Shown piece after piece: positions 12,110 to 24,879 of a stretch of 64,000 nt of DNA (positions are counted from its first letter, which is position 1; each line of letters starts with the position of its first letter). The translations under genes and the position numbers were made by a program. The DNA is from Sphyrna mokarran (Eukaryota), in contig JAGIQG010000040.1 in NCBI GenBank assembly GCA_024679065.1, forward strand, positions 6,200,001-6,264,000. Direction: 5' to 3'. The notes under the pieces are model-generated. The model was given only the letters and a program-made list of their open reading frames with translations. It ran no database searches and was not told where the DNA came from.

Positions 12110-12547
12110 ATGAGTTCCCTGTGTGTTTTACTGATAATAATGGCCATACTGCCCGGTGAGTCTGAGCTCAAATCCTCAGTGCCTGTTTTACGGGATATAT
12201 TCACTCGCAGATTTTTCAAACATTCTATGTGTTGTTACAGGAACCAGTGGGCAAGATTCAGTTTCCCAGGGGCCGCCTGAATTAACGGCTCAGGAAGGAC
12301 AGACGGTAACATTGAACTGTAATTACACAACAAAATATAGTTTTCCAGATCTGTTATGGTACATCCAACATCCCGGGGAGGCTCCGAAATATTTACTGAA
12401 GATTTATAGCACGGGGGATGGAGAAGAGTCTCCAGATTTCCCATATCGGATCTCTGCTGATTTGAACCTGGACAGGAAAGTAGTTCCTTTAACGATCACT
12501 GGGGTCCGTGTCTCTGATTCTGCCGTGTATCAGTGTGTGCTGATCCC
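12110..12547 (+). CDS. TRAV: TCR alpha/delta V gene, family B (leader 12110-12155, V exon 12241-12547)
   Basis: Leader MSSLCVLLIIMAILP, intact splice sites, LNC..WYIQ..YQCVLIP (atypical end). Confidence 0.88.
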
Positions 12548-12586
12548 CACACTGTTACAGAGGCACAGTTAGTCCGTTCAAAAACC
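12548..12586 (+). other. RSS CACACTG-23-TCAAAAACC
   Basis: Abuts V exon; one nonamer mismatch. Confidence 0.88.
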
Positions 12587-12964
12587 AGCAAAGGCATTCT
12601 CACTTCCTCTCACTGTGTCAGATCTGTGATGCAGGTTGTGAACTGTTAATATAAACAAAGCAATCTTACAAAGAGCTAGTTTTACTTGCCAGAATGATCT
12701 ATTTCTGCAGTGCTGAACATGTGCCATTCTATGTAAAATAGTTGTTTCTGTGGCTTACGAGCAACTCTCTAAATGAAATACTCTGGAGTTGTTATCACAA
12801 CATTAAATAATACCCATCAGTCTCCCATCTCAAAGATTAAATCCGTGAAATCAACAACATTTGGCTAAATACCTTCTGTGTCATAACGATGTTGGATATT
12901 CAATCGTTTAGTTTTTTGAAACCGTTTGATAGATTTGTGAATGTTCAAGGTAAATAAGACACTT

Positions 12965-13815
12965 GGGAACATTAGAACATGAGAACTTGGAGCAGGGAAC
13001 AGGCCATCTGGTCCCTCGACCCTGCTCCACCATTCAATAAGACCACGGCTGATCCTTTCGTGGACTCAGCTCCACTTACTCGCCTAATCATAACCGTTAA
13101 TTCCTTTACCGTCCAAACTTTATCTATCTTTGCCTTAAAAAAACATTCAATGAAGTACCCTCAACTGCTTCACTGGGCAGTGAATTCCACAGATTCACAA
13201 TCCTTTGTAAAGAAGTTCCTCCTTAACTCAGTCCTAAATCTGCTTCCCCTTATTTTGAGCTATGCCCCCTAATTCTAGTTTCACCTGCCGAAGGAAACAA
13301 CGTCCTTGTTTCTATCTTACTTATTCCCTTCATAATCTTATGGATTTCTATAAGAGCTCCCCTCATTCTTCTTAATTCCAATGAGTGTAGCTCAGTCTTT
13401 GCTCCTCAACCAACCCTCTTAACCCCGGAATCGACCTAGTGAATCTTCTCTGCACCTCCCCCACTGCCAATACATCCTTTCTTAAACAACGAAACCAAAT
13501 CTCCAGGTGTGGCCTCACCAGCACACTATACAACTGCAACATAACCTCGCTGTTTTTAAACTATCCCTCTAGCAATGAAGGACACAATTTCATTTGTCTT
13601 CTTAATTGTCTGCTGACGTGCAAACCAACTTTCTGAGATGCTTGTGCCAAGATATCCCTGGTCCCTCTGATCAGCAGCATGCTGTAAATCTTTACTAATT
13701 AAATAATAGTCAATTTTGCTGTTATTCCTACCAAAATGGACGACTTCACATTTACCAACATTGCACTCCATTTGTCAGACTCTCGCCCCCTCACTTAGAC
13801 TATCTATATCCCTTT
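12965..13815 (-). mobile_element. CR1-like LINE 3' fragment
   Basis: Minus-strand peptide MECNVGKCEVVHFGRNN...SFIARGI; agaacat tail. Confidence 0.82.
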
Positions 13816-14004
13816 ACATATATGAAGGTAATACGAGAAATTTGATGTGACGTAGATCAGTTGTGAATTTATTCAATGGCGGAACAGGCCCTTTTGAAGG
13901 AGCAAATGGTTCGCTGCGTCTCCTATTCCTATTTTCTGAGGTGCTTCTGTCCAGTTCATCGTTCTGAACACAGATTCAAATGATTATTTTTCTTCACGTT
14001 TGAC

Positions 14005-14225
14005 GTCATGGATTGGAGAACAAAGACACTCTGAGATGATTGGATGAAATGTGGACCTCTGAGCTGATTGTGTCACCTGCTGACTCTAACAGAAATGAAC
14101 CAATCGCTAGTGAGGCCGAATATTACTCAACATCTTCTGAACTCTGAAGTGAAACAATTGAGATTTAACTCAACTTCCACACATTTTGCGGTACAACACA
14201 ATGATCTTCCCTTTATCGTTCCAAG
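14005..14225 (+). promoter_or_regulatory. Orphan V promoter (multi-CCAAT), paralog of the promoter at ~63610-63800
   Basis: Colinear with the reverse complement of 63655-63800 (attggagaacaaagacact..gattggatgaaatgt..gaaccaatcgc.agtgaggccg..tattactca); ends in a possible leader start at 14201 cut by a SINE. Confidence 0.7.
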
Positions 14226-14525
14226 TAAGTAAAGTTTATTTATTAGTCAAAACTAGGCTTACAGTAACACTGCAATGAAGTTACTGCAAAAATCCCCTAG
14301 TCGCCACACTTCGGCAGTTCTTCAGGTACACTGAGGTAGAATTTGGCATGCCCAATGCACCTAACATGCATATCTTTCAAAGTATCGAAGGAAATCGAAG
14401 TACCCGGAGGAAACCCACGCAGATACAGTGAAAACGTGCAAACTCAGCACAGAGAGGGATCAAAGCCACGAATCGAGCCCAGATCCCCGGCGCAGTGAGG
14501 CTGTAGTGCTTACCACTGTGTCACT
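14225..14525 (-). mobile_element. tRNA-derived shark SINE
   Basis: aagtttatttattagtc tail, core, and tRNA-like head; same family as 18355-18650, 26550-26800, 32835-33075. Confidence 0.8.
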
Positions 14526-15260
14526 TTTGTTTCCAACAACCGGCTCATGACAGATAAAATCTGCACCCTTCACACCTGCAAAAATAGAAATTAGGACTTT
14601 AGCTGTGTTATTGTCGCTTTATTAGAAACAAGGGAATTAAATAATTGTACATAAAGGAAACAAAAGTGGTGTTGTGAGGAATGAGGAAAGAACAAAAATT
14701 CTGCCCAGTGAAGCAGTTAAGCTACCTCAGTGAGTAGTTTTAAGGCGAAGGTAGATACATGTTTGAACAGTAATGGAATTAAGGGTTATGGTGAGCGGGC
14801 GGCAAAGTGGAGCTAAGTCCACGAAAAGATCAGCTGTGACCTTATTGAATGGTGCAGCAGGGTCAAGGGAGCAAATGGCCTACTCCAACTCCTACTTCTT
14901 ACGTTCTTATGTGCTTATGTTCTTACGCAATTTCATAGCAGTGCCATTGTAAGCTGACTTACGACAGTCGTAAATAGACTTTAAACATAAACTTTTAGTT
15001 GATACAGGGATGGAAATAGCATGAAAGAAAAAATGGGAGCGAATCTATCACATATTGATTTGTGAAATTAATGTTCATTATAGATGTTAGTTAAAAGCAA
15101 CGAATAAAACTTCTCAGTTACTGCTCCCCTGTTCTTATTGGGTGTTGTATTCTGTGTTGGCATTTGTTTAATCACTGTGACCTTCACAGGCTGAGTAATC
15201 GGTCCTGTTTGGCACTGAATGCGCGCCTTCTGCTGATCATTAACTGGAACTTCAATCTGG

Positions 15261-15440
15261 AGTTATCGCCCGGGATCCGCTCGATCTCTGCATCAGTGTG
15301 GGCTCCGTGCTACATAAATACACTGCTCTGCCGGTGAAAAGCACCCCAGCGATATTGAAAGAAAGCATTTTATTTTTCTTGCTGAAACCAGCAGAAAGCC
15401 CCTCTCAAAACCTTGAGAAGTACATGTCCGTACTTTATAA
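15261..15440 (-). pseudogene. 3' remnant of a V gene with RSS CACACTG-24-GCGATAACT
   Basis: Minus-strand ..LSAGFSKKNKMLSFNIAGVLFTGRAVYLCSTEP; spacer and 3' flank homologous to the 41553 gene. Confidence 0.8.
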
Positions 15441-15957
15441 CGTCAACTTTGATTCATGTTTACATCCTTTCTTTGTGTGAACATTTAAGAATTTAATACT
15501 ATCAGTTTTTTTTTCTAGTCCCAAATTGTGTAACAGATTTATCAGTTTGGTCTAGGATATTAAGATCAGATAAGGGAATTGTCGAAGGTTCACACTGAAA
15601 TTGCCATTAGTTATGTGCATATGTCCATCTGTATAAAATTATATTTAATAAGAACAATGGCAGCAAAGAAAAAACGCAGCAACATAATCCAGCAACAATA
15701 TTCTGAAGTAATCTGAGATATCTATGATCTCCCACGTAGTGGTCACTGACCTCACTTTGCCACCAGTGGGAGTGCCCTCTTGTTTGTGTGTTTGTGTGTT
15801 CACTGCAGCAGGGGCAGATTGGATTACACAGAAAACTACTGCGATTGCTGGAATCTGAAACAAAAAGAGAAAACGTTGGAAAATCTCAGCAAGTCTGGCA
15901 GCATCTCTAAGGAGGGAGAAGAGCTGTGTTTCGAGTCCGGATGGCCCGTTTCTCAAA

Positions 15958-16500
15958 GCTGGATTATACAATGGTATGATACAGAGCAGTGATCCAGGGG
16001 AACTGGATTAATTGTGGGCTAACATAGCGATATGTTACAGAGGAATAATCCAGGAGAACTGGATTAGTTATTGGATTACACAGTGATACGTTACAGAGCA
16101 GCAATCCAGGAGATCTGGTTTAATTGCTGGATTACACGGTGATATGTTATAGAGCAGAAATCCAGAACTGTATTAATTGTCGGACTAGAAGTGATACGTT
16201 ACAGAACCGGAATCCAGGAGAATTGAATTAATTGTTGTGTTACACAATGATTTGTTACACAGCCATAATCCAGGAGAACTGGATTAATAATCCATTACAC
16301 ACTGATATGTTACAGATTAGGAATTCAAAATAACTGGATAACACAGTGATATGTCGCATAGAAGTAATCCAGGAGAACTGGATTAATTGTTGGATTACAC
16401 ATTGATATTTTACAGAACAGAAATCCAGGAGCACTGTATTAATTTTTGGATTAACAGTGATATGCTGCAGAGCAGTAATCCGGGAGAATAGAATTAATAA
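15958..16500 (+). repeat. ~56-bp minisatellite, ~10 degenerate units
   Basis: Unit GGATTA-CACAGTG-ATATGTTACAGA-GCAGTAATC-CAGGAGAACTGGATTAATTGTT; period 56 (16023, 16079, 16135). Confidence 0.92.
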
Positions 16501-16699
16501 TCCGCCTACATTATTTGGACTCCGATCACTGTAGGAGGGGCAATAAATCAACACGTGAAATTAAAGCTGAGTAAGTTGTGACACTAACAACGCAGGATGA
16601 GATAAATTCCTAATTGATTTAACAATGTTGTGGAGGGAAGGAAATCTGCCGTCCTTACCCACCATCGCTCAACTGGGACATGAGGCACTCCAGTTATAA

Positions 16700-17650
16700 A
16701 GTGACGGCAGTCCTGTATTAAGCTCTGTCTTTCCCGAATCGTTAATTCAGAGCATTTCTGACAGGAACTGAAGGAATTCAATCTTAACAGGGAAATAATA
16801 GTGGATGAATTATTTGGATTGAAGGCGAAGAAATTTCCAGAACCTGATAACCTTCACCTCTGCGCAGTCAAGGAAGTTGCCCGAGGAGCAGTCCATGCAT
16901 TGGTGGTAATCTTCCAAGATTATACAGACTCTGGAACAGTTGCTGCAGATTGAACGGAGCTAACGTAACCCCACTATATAAAAATGGAGGCAGAGAGAAA
17001 ACAGTTGCAGCAAGCAATAAATATAGCGAATGCAATGTTGGCCTTCAGAGTAAGGGATTCGAGTACAGGAGCAATGATGTCTTGCTGCAATGATATAGAG
17101 TCTCGATGAGGCCACACCTGGAATATTGCGTGCATTTTTATTTCCTTATCTGAGGAAGTACATTCTTGCTCTAGATAGAGTCCAGTGAAGATTTATCAGA
17201 TTGATTCCTGGGATAGCGTGTTTGATATAGGAGGATATATTGAGTAGGCTAGCATTAAGTTATTCGCTGGACTTCGGAAGAATGGGGAGGCATTCATGGA
17301 GACATAAAACTCCGACATTGATAATTAGGGTAGATGAGGAAAAGTTGTTCCCGATGGCGGGGAAGTCCAGGACAAGGGATCAGAGCCTGAGGATTCGGGG
17401 TAAACCTTTTAAAACTGAGATAAGCAGAATTTTCTGCACTTAGAGAGGAATAAACCGATAAAATTCACTACTACAGAAAGAAATTCTGGGCAGAATATTG
17501 TATTTTATCAAGAAGGAGATAGATGCAGTTCTCGGGGCTAAATGAGTCAAATGATACAGTGGGAAAAAAAGGAATAAATTACTGAGTAATAAGATAATGA
17601 CGATGGTGTCGGCTCGAACGGATGAAAGGTGTCCTCGTGCTCCTATTTTC
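16700..17650 (+). mobile_element. CR1-like LINE fragments
   Basis: KSPxPDxxHP-like and NVTPLYKNG-like RT remnants, RPHLEYCV, RVDEEKLFP. Confidence 0.78.
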
Positions 17651-18354
17651 TATTGGACACTGAATCATAATCATTCATTTCTGTAACACAAATACGGAAT
17701 GCTTCAGGGACTAAATGTAATCCCCGGATGTGACGTTGACTGTTAAATGTACAGTCAACTCACAGGGAGACAACGCCGTGTCCTTTAGAATTCATAGAAA
17801 TTGACAAAATGTTTCAATTGTGTTGAATGCAGCAGTCTGACATAGAAACCCACCCACTTGGAATGTGGCTTCACGTATTGAGAAACTGGCGTTTATCCAA
17901 GAACAGGATTGATTTCTCCACCAGAACTACTAATTATTACCCATGAATAAATGAAGGCTGCAGACATTTTTTTCTGGTTAATTATCTCTCTTCGGTGACT
18001 TTCCTGCTCTTTCTTTCTCTTTGTCACAGACTCTGTCTCTATGACGAGACACCCATTCAGTTAGGAAATTTCTTCACTGCTTTAAAATGGCTGGAAGTGA
18101 TTATAAATAATTCAGGGCGGCGTGACCTTTATTGCGGTGTTTTCACATTGACACACGACAATCAGTAAATATCCTTCCTGTTTCATTCAACAAAACAAAG
18201 GTGACCAGAGACCACGAAGATGGCACGGCCAATATAAATTAACGAGAAATAGGAACTGAATAAGCGTTTAAAGGTGAAGGAGTAAGAGGATTTGTCAGCT
18301 GCTGTAAAGAGAATGAGTAATAAACACATTACCTGATCAGTAAATAAAAATAAA

Positions 18355-18650
18355 GCTCCTTTATTAGTCACAAATAGGCTTACATTTGCATTGCAATGAT
18401 GTTACTGTGAAAATCCCATTATTGCCACATCTGGTGCCTTTCCGGGTACATTTAGGGAGAATTTAGCACGGCCAGTGTACCTAACTAGCACGTTTTTGGA
18501 CCATGGGACGAAACTGTAGTATTCGTAGGAAAGTCACGCAGATAGGGGGAGAGCGTGCAGACTCCACACTGACAATGACACAAGTCCCCGATTGAACCCA
18601 GGTTCCTAGCGCTGTGAGGCAGCAATGCGAACACTGCGCCACTGTGCCTT
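18355..18650 (-). mobile_element. tRNA-derived shark SINE
   Basis: Same family as 14225-14525. Confidence 0.8.
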
Positions 18651-18970
18651 TCTCAATCATCATTGCATGACTATTGGAGCTAAAAGTAATAAAGCGGTCA
18701 AATATTGCTGAAAGAATTAATCGATCACAGAATCCTACTGAATGTTCAGAACTTATTTGTTCAAACACAGCGTATCCTTGAATGGGACTCTGAATGATGG
18801 CTCCTGACAACATACCAGAATAATCTGATTAGTCAGAATGTCAACCACCAGTATCCCATAGAATGAGGGGAAAGTGAGGCTCCAGTGTCCTCCCCACCAA
18901 TGACAGTTATGGACACGGTAGCAAATCCCTGTTTGTAAACAAAATCCTCGATTGGCCCATTTTCATCATC

Positions 18971-19190
18971 ACGAACAAAAACATGCTGAAGCTCTGATCC
19001 TGCTGATAGTGTGTGATTTTATTTTTCTAACCAAATGCCATGTTTTAGCAATGTTTTGATCATGTGTATTGGTTTTTCTTTTGTTCACAGCCTTTCAGTG
19101 CGAGGATCAGAGCCCCCATCCTGAACGGGTGCTGTCATAGAAAGGGGATGGGTTGAACCGAACTATCGGCTCTCTGTTGGTTCTGGAAAC
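18971..19190 (+). pseudogene. Truncated V pseudogene of the 47491 family
   Basis: ttgttcacag|cctttcagtgcgaggatcagagcccccatcctgaac aligns with the 47345 exon start; start codon mutated to ACG, in-frame TAG, 3' half missing. Confidence 0.8.
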
Positions 19191-19328
19191 GGTTGGGTGA
19201 ATGTTTGATCCGAAGTTTTTCTGGTTTCCTCTCGCTGTGTTTGAGCAGCTGGCAGCGCCGCTGTTTATTGTGACTGAATCTGCCCACACTTGTAAACAAT
19301 CCGCAGTAGAACAGGAGATCCTATCTAG

Positions 19329-19367
19329 AGTTTTTGTACGGCGATGAGGATGTTTTCTATCACTGTG
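19329..19367 (-). other. RSS CACAGTG-23-ACAAAAACT
   Basis: Abuts V exon. Confidence 0.93.
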
Positions 19368-19845
19368 AGACTGAAAGCACAGTAATAGCCGCCAGCGTCA
19401 GTCAGCTGCAGACCAGAGATGGTTAAACCGGTGATTGCATTTTCGATCTGGAGGTCAGCAAAGAAACGAATTGTCGCAAAATCTGCTTTATCCTCTGTGT
19501 CCCAAGAGCTTTTCTTCACTATGAATTCCAGTTGCATGTCTGGGCGCTGTCGATACCAATGTAAGTAATAATTGGTGGCTGTGGTATCATAGCTACAGAT
19601 CAATGTCACTGCTTCTCCTTCTGCCTTACCAGCTGAGGGGAAGAGTTGAGTGACAGAATCTCCATTAGTCACATCTGAAAAAAAAACACAAATAAACATA
19701 ATCAAATAGAAACTAGTCAGTTCAGAGGTTGGAAATATTTGAAACATGCTTGATCAGTCAAATAAAGGGTGTAAAATAAAGTATTTAATCCGCAATTACC
19801 AGTCAAGAATGCTACCCACACAATCCAGATGCCGAACAGCCGCAT
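19368..19845 (-). CDS. TRAV: TCR alpha/delta V gene, family C (leader 19845-19800, V exon 19674-19368)
   Basis: Leader MRLFGIWIVWVAFLT, GT-AG intron, DSVTQ..LIC..WYRQ..YYCAFS. Confidence 0.93.
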
Positions 19846-20904
19846 TGCCTCTGTCTGCGCTGTAAAGGGGAGTTGAGTATTTGACAGAATGTTTTAAACC
19901 CCGCCTCCAGTAATCTGCCGGTGTAGCCTTATGGTGAACCGGAAACTAGCACAAATTAGTGAGTATGTTCACATTTTCTCAATAATTCTGATAGCTTTAG
20001 CATCAGGATAGTGGTATTCGTGAATCCAATTAAATTACGCTCTGTTAAGCTTTTTTAAATTTAATTCCAGCGTCACTGGTTTATTTGTGCATCCTTGACA
20101 ACCTCGGGAAAGGTGATGAACCGCCTCCCTGAAACATTGCTTTTCAACTGAACTTTATTAACATGCAGAGGGGGCGGGTGTAATTTATTAAAGTCTTCGG
20201 ATAATAAAAAGTGATATTACATAATCAGCTGTAGAGAGAGACAGAAAATCACTGTCAAGGGTTACGTGGAGTTTATGTCACAAGACAGTTGGAATCATGA
20301 ATAGAAAAATATGCTATTCGATTTGCAGGGAAGAGAAAGGAAGTATTAAACAGTGTAATTAATAGGAAACTATTCCTTACTGGTTTGCAGAGCAATTTGT
20401 ATGTTCTTGTACACAAAACACAGACATATAATCTAATGATGGAGCTATCAAAAAGATAGGATAACTGGATGTTGTCCTTTATTCCAAAGCTGACGATGTT
20501 CAGAGAAATTAAATTAAATACTGTTGCGATTGCACTGAATGTTGGCGATATTCAACTGGAAAATAGTGCACAGCCTTAGTAATTAAGAAACCGATTAAAA
20601 GGAATTATTTACTTAAACGTCACTTCTGTCCTGCTCTCTGACACCACTGCGTATTTCTCTGCCATAAATGTAGTGAAAAAGAAAATACATAGAAAATCTT
20701 ATATGGAGATATCCAGTTGGGTCTCACCAGAAGGCGCTGTAAGAGTGTTAAACGGCAGCGACAATGGAAATGACACCGCGAGCGTTGAAAAGACCTTCCA
20801 AAAATGTCTTTAAGTAGGAAACGACACACAGGTGAGAATAAATTCCGGATTTCAGTGCATCAGTGAAACTGGACCTCATAAATGCAAGTATGCAGCACAA
20901 TTGT

Positions 20905-21430
20905 CACACAAACATAGAAAAAGAGAAGTAGGAGTAGGCCATTCGGCCCTTGAACCCTAATCTGCCATTTATTATAATCCAATTCAATATCTTGAGACCG
21001 CCTCCCTCTCCCATTTTCCATATGCCGTTTAGCCCCAAGAGCTATATCTAATTTATTCTTGAAAGCACACAACGTTTTGGCCCCAGCTACTTCCTTTGGG
21101 AGGGATTTTCCACACATTCATCGCCGTTTGGTGAAGCAATTTATCCACAGCACAATTCTAAAATGTTTACTCCTTACCTTCAAACTCTGATTCCTAGTTC
21201 TGGATTCTCCCATCATTGGGAACATTCTTTCTGAATTTACCCTGTCTGCCCCTGTTAGAATGTTGTAAGTTTTTATGACATCCCCTCTCACTCCTCTGAA
21301 CTCTATTGAATGTAATATTAACCGATTCAGTCTTCATTATAAGACAAATCAGCCATCCCAGGAATCAGCCTGATAAACCATCCGTGCCTTCCCTCTATAG
21401 CAAGGACATTCTTTATCAGAAAAGGACATC
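20905..21430 (-). mobile_element. CR1-like LINE 3' fragment
   Basis: SLPKEVAGAKTLCAFKNKLD peptide and typical 3' UTR. Confidence 0.75.
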
Positions 21431-21992
21431 AACGCCCTTTCCAAATTCAGTTAACCATTTCTATTTTTATACTGAAATCTTCTCAATCCGAAGGCCAACA
21501 TACCCATTTTTAAAGGGGGGAAGGGGGATCTTGCAATTAAGTTTGGCTGCAATAATGGCCCGTCCTTTACCCATCTCCCGTGTCACCTTCCCGATCTTTG
21601 TTTGCAGATTATGTTTGATCAGAGTGTGTTGCTAGGGAAGAGGCAGTTCATAGATAATCAACAGATTGCAAAAGAAATGATAGTGGAAACAAACAGAAAA
21701 AGTGCCCCTCTCCCCATGCACACTGCGCTCGTCTGTGCAATGCTTGAATTTTTTTCCCCAGAATATCGGATTACTAGTGATAACTAACAGATCAGACTTT
21801 CATCCGGAATTCCTGTCTCTAACAAAAGAGTAACTTATTTTTGCTGTACTTCTGGTAGTGGCTTAATGGCTGTTTGATCCGAGGATAATTTGATATCCTG
21901 TGTGTGTGTTTGAGCGTTTGATTACGCGCTGCTCATTGTTGCGCTCTCCAGCGATTAGGCACAAACACGCACAGACTGGAGCTCCAATTCAG

Positions 21993-22473
21993 AGTGTCTG
22001 CACGGCAATGAGACTACTTTCTATCATTGTGAGACTGAAAGCGCAGAAATTGACGGCATTATCAGTCAGAGTAAACTCGACATAGTTAAACTTGTGTCTT
22101 TATCCCTAGCCTGTAGCTCGGGATAAAGCAAATTTAGCAAAATTTGTGTTATTTTCAGAACTCCAGGATTCTTTTCACATTATAAGCTCGGGCTGTTCAT
22201 GTGGTGCTGCCGATAACCGTTTAAATAATAGCTGCTCCTTGTGAAGAGAGGAATGTCACTGCATCTCCTTCTGTCTCTATATCTGTGAAGAGCCACTGAG
22301 TTTAGAATTAAAATGTGACAGGCCTGAAAAGAAATCGCACAGCTAAATATGAGATTGAAAGTGTGCTAAGATGTAAACAATAAATCTTTGAATTTCAATC
22401 AAAGATGAAATTGCTCCTTCGGCACTTTTATCTGCAATACTCCCCACATTATCCAGGAGCTGAGTAACCACAT
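21993..22473 (-). pseudogene. V pseudogene, family C
   Basis: Paralog of 19845 including 3' flank; lost first Cys and Trp (NGYRQ), stops and indels; RSS CACAATG-23-GCAGACACT. Confidence 0.85.
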
Positions 22474-24418
22474 TGTGACTGCCCGTTCTATAAAAGTGCA
22501 GTTTGATATTTGAAGACACCCGTTCTAAATCCTGCTCTCAACTCACTTCCTGGTATCGCACGTGTTGCTGTGAGACTAATAAATGGTGAGCAAGCTATCA
22601 ACAAACCCCAATTTGGATTACAATCTGTACATGCTTATCCACGACATTTTTAAATCAGTCTTCATTGGATTCTCTTTCAGCTCTCTGTTCACTTCCATAG
22701 GGAAGACAAAACTGGAAATTTCACTGAATTGGCTGATTGGATAACAAATTGTCCCTATATTGGTCCCTATATGGGAATCTTCAACAATAGGCATAGCCTA
22801 AAGACAAGGATATGTCATTAGGACGTTAGGACGGCGGCGTGGGCTCGTTGGGCCGAAGGGCCTGTTTCCCGTGCTGTGTTGCTCTTTGTTCTTTGTTCTT
22901 TGTTCACACCAAGTATGGGATTATTGGAAAGAAAAATGAAACAGAGGGAGGCTGCAGATATTATTTGGATGGAAATAGAGTCTAGTCTTAGGAACACAGT
23001 CGTATCGTCAAACACAGTGATGACTACAACATGGAGTACCGTTTAATGAGTCCAGCTGGTCAAATGCAGTAATAAGTAGTCTTTTCAAATATGAAGAGAA
23101 ACATGGTTCAATGTAATAATGTCAAACAGATGATTCAGACCAATAGATATCATAATTCTAATACGAATATATCAAAGAATCGGATGCATATAATAGAACA
23201 CATTGCATTATTGCGCTGAATTATAGAACTGGATAAAATATCAGTTTGCCTGACCTCTCGAATCATTCAAACAACAACATAATATAAGAAAACCAATCAT
23301 CTGTAAAGACACTGATTATTTTCATTGGGAGCAGAACAGTTACCTTCCCTTGATGTTCAATGGCACAATGCACAAGGTATTTATTCCCCGCCGTCAATAT
23401 GTTGGATTGATCCCCCTAATGTTGCTGTTGTAGCAGCACTTCAGAGGATGAATATTCTGTGATGAGTTCTTCACCACCTGAACTCTAATGCTGGCTGTGG
23501 TGTGTGAAGCCGATTGGATGCACTGTAGTAAACCATCAGGACTTTTTCGAATGTGCCTTCAATTACCATGATCCGAATCACTCAGATGGGCAACGGATGT
23601 ATGGATGACATCCACTTCCTCATCAAAGACCTTCCGAATTATGCGTGCAGTGCTGGTCCTTAATGTCTCGGGGCGTTATATTCTAACACTCGAGCTAACT
23701 CTGCCGGTGAACCTGAAACACGTGGGTTGCTGTTGTTGAAAAAAGCTGCTCATCACCACCTTCTCAGTGTGAACCAGAAACTTGCACTGAGCACCTGCCG
23801 TATTGGTAGTAGATGTGAAAAAATGCGGAAACAATGGCTCAGAACCACAAACACCAGCCCTTATTGTTCTAGTTTTTTCTACTTGTTCCTTCATCCACTA
23901 TTAGTATTTGCGTTCACAGTTTAAAAATGTTCGCTTTTGTTTTTATCTTTTCTCCATTTCCTTTCTCGTCTCCCGAAGTTTTTCATACTTTTATCCTCTT
24001 TCTGATTTTGTAATTTGAAACTGTTTTACAGTTACCTAGAATCACTTGTTCAGCACATTTTCCTTAAGCAAGATTGCTGAGACAGGGAGGGAGGGGTGAA
24101 TTACTCAACAAAAACCACGCCCAGCCCGATGCTCTATCACAATCTGTCGCTCCTCCCCCGTCAACTGAATGATGCTCTGAGTGATGCGGCCAGCTGCCGC
24201 AAGAGGAAATGGAAAATATATCCGACAATGTAATCTCCTGTCAAAACCCAGTTAATACAATTGCTGCATTATAACAGCAGCAGAACTGTACTAGGCACGA
24301 GTTTGTCTTCTGCTATAATCTCTATGCCAACTCGTTTCTCACCTTATGGCAATAGATTACAACAGTAAATAAAACTGCTATTCCAAGGTTTTTTTTGGGG
24401 AGAGTCATAATCGGCCCG

Positions 24419-24840
24419 ATGTCTTCCCGTCATTTCATTATGTTGTGGTTGGTGTTCGGTACGTATATACATTTCTTGTATCTGCTTAGAATAATGTGAT
24501 GTTTACAGCACAATCCACTGATCATTTTTATTACAGGGAGGATTCGGGCAGATTTGGTATCACAACCTGAGACAGCTCTCGGCGTGACTGAAGGAGACAC
24601 TGTGATTATAGATTGTAATTACACAACAAATCTCTTTAATCCCGATCTCTATTGGTACAGACAGCACACAAACCACCTTCTTAGTTTTATTTTGCACCGG
24701 GATAACAATCGAAGATCAGACGCAGTTTTCACCAAGGGAAGATTCACGGCCGGTCAGGCTAACGCAGAGAAAAGGTTTCCTCTGAGGATCGTTCGAGCAG
24801 AAATCCAGGACACTGCTGTCTATTCCTGTGGTTTGAAGAT
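24419..24840 (+). CDS. TRAV: TCR alpha/delta V gene (leader 24419-24458, V exon 24537-24840)
   Basis: Leader MSSRHFIMLWLVF, GT-AG intron, LVSQ..IDC..WYRQ..YSCGLKI. Confidence 0.9.
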
Positions 24841-24879
24841 CACAGTGGTTTAAAACTCATCTGTCTCTGTACAAAAACC
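24841..24879 (+). other. RSS CACAGTG-23-ACAAAAACC (consensus)
   Basis: Perfect heptamer and nonamer. Confidence 0.95.

Noticed and set aside
15958-16500. CRISPR-like array
   Set aside because: Eukaryotic context; whole units repeat with no unique spacers and no cas genes.
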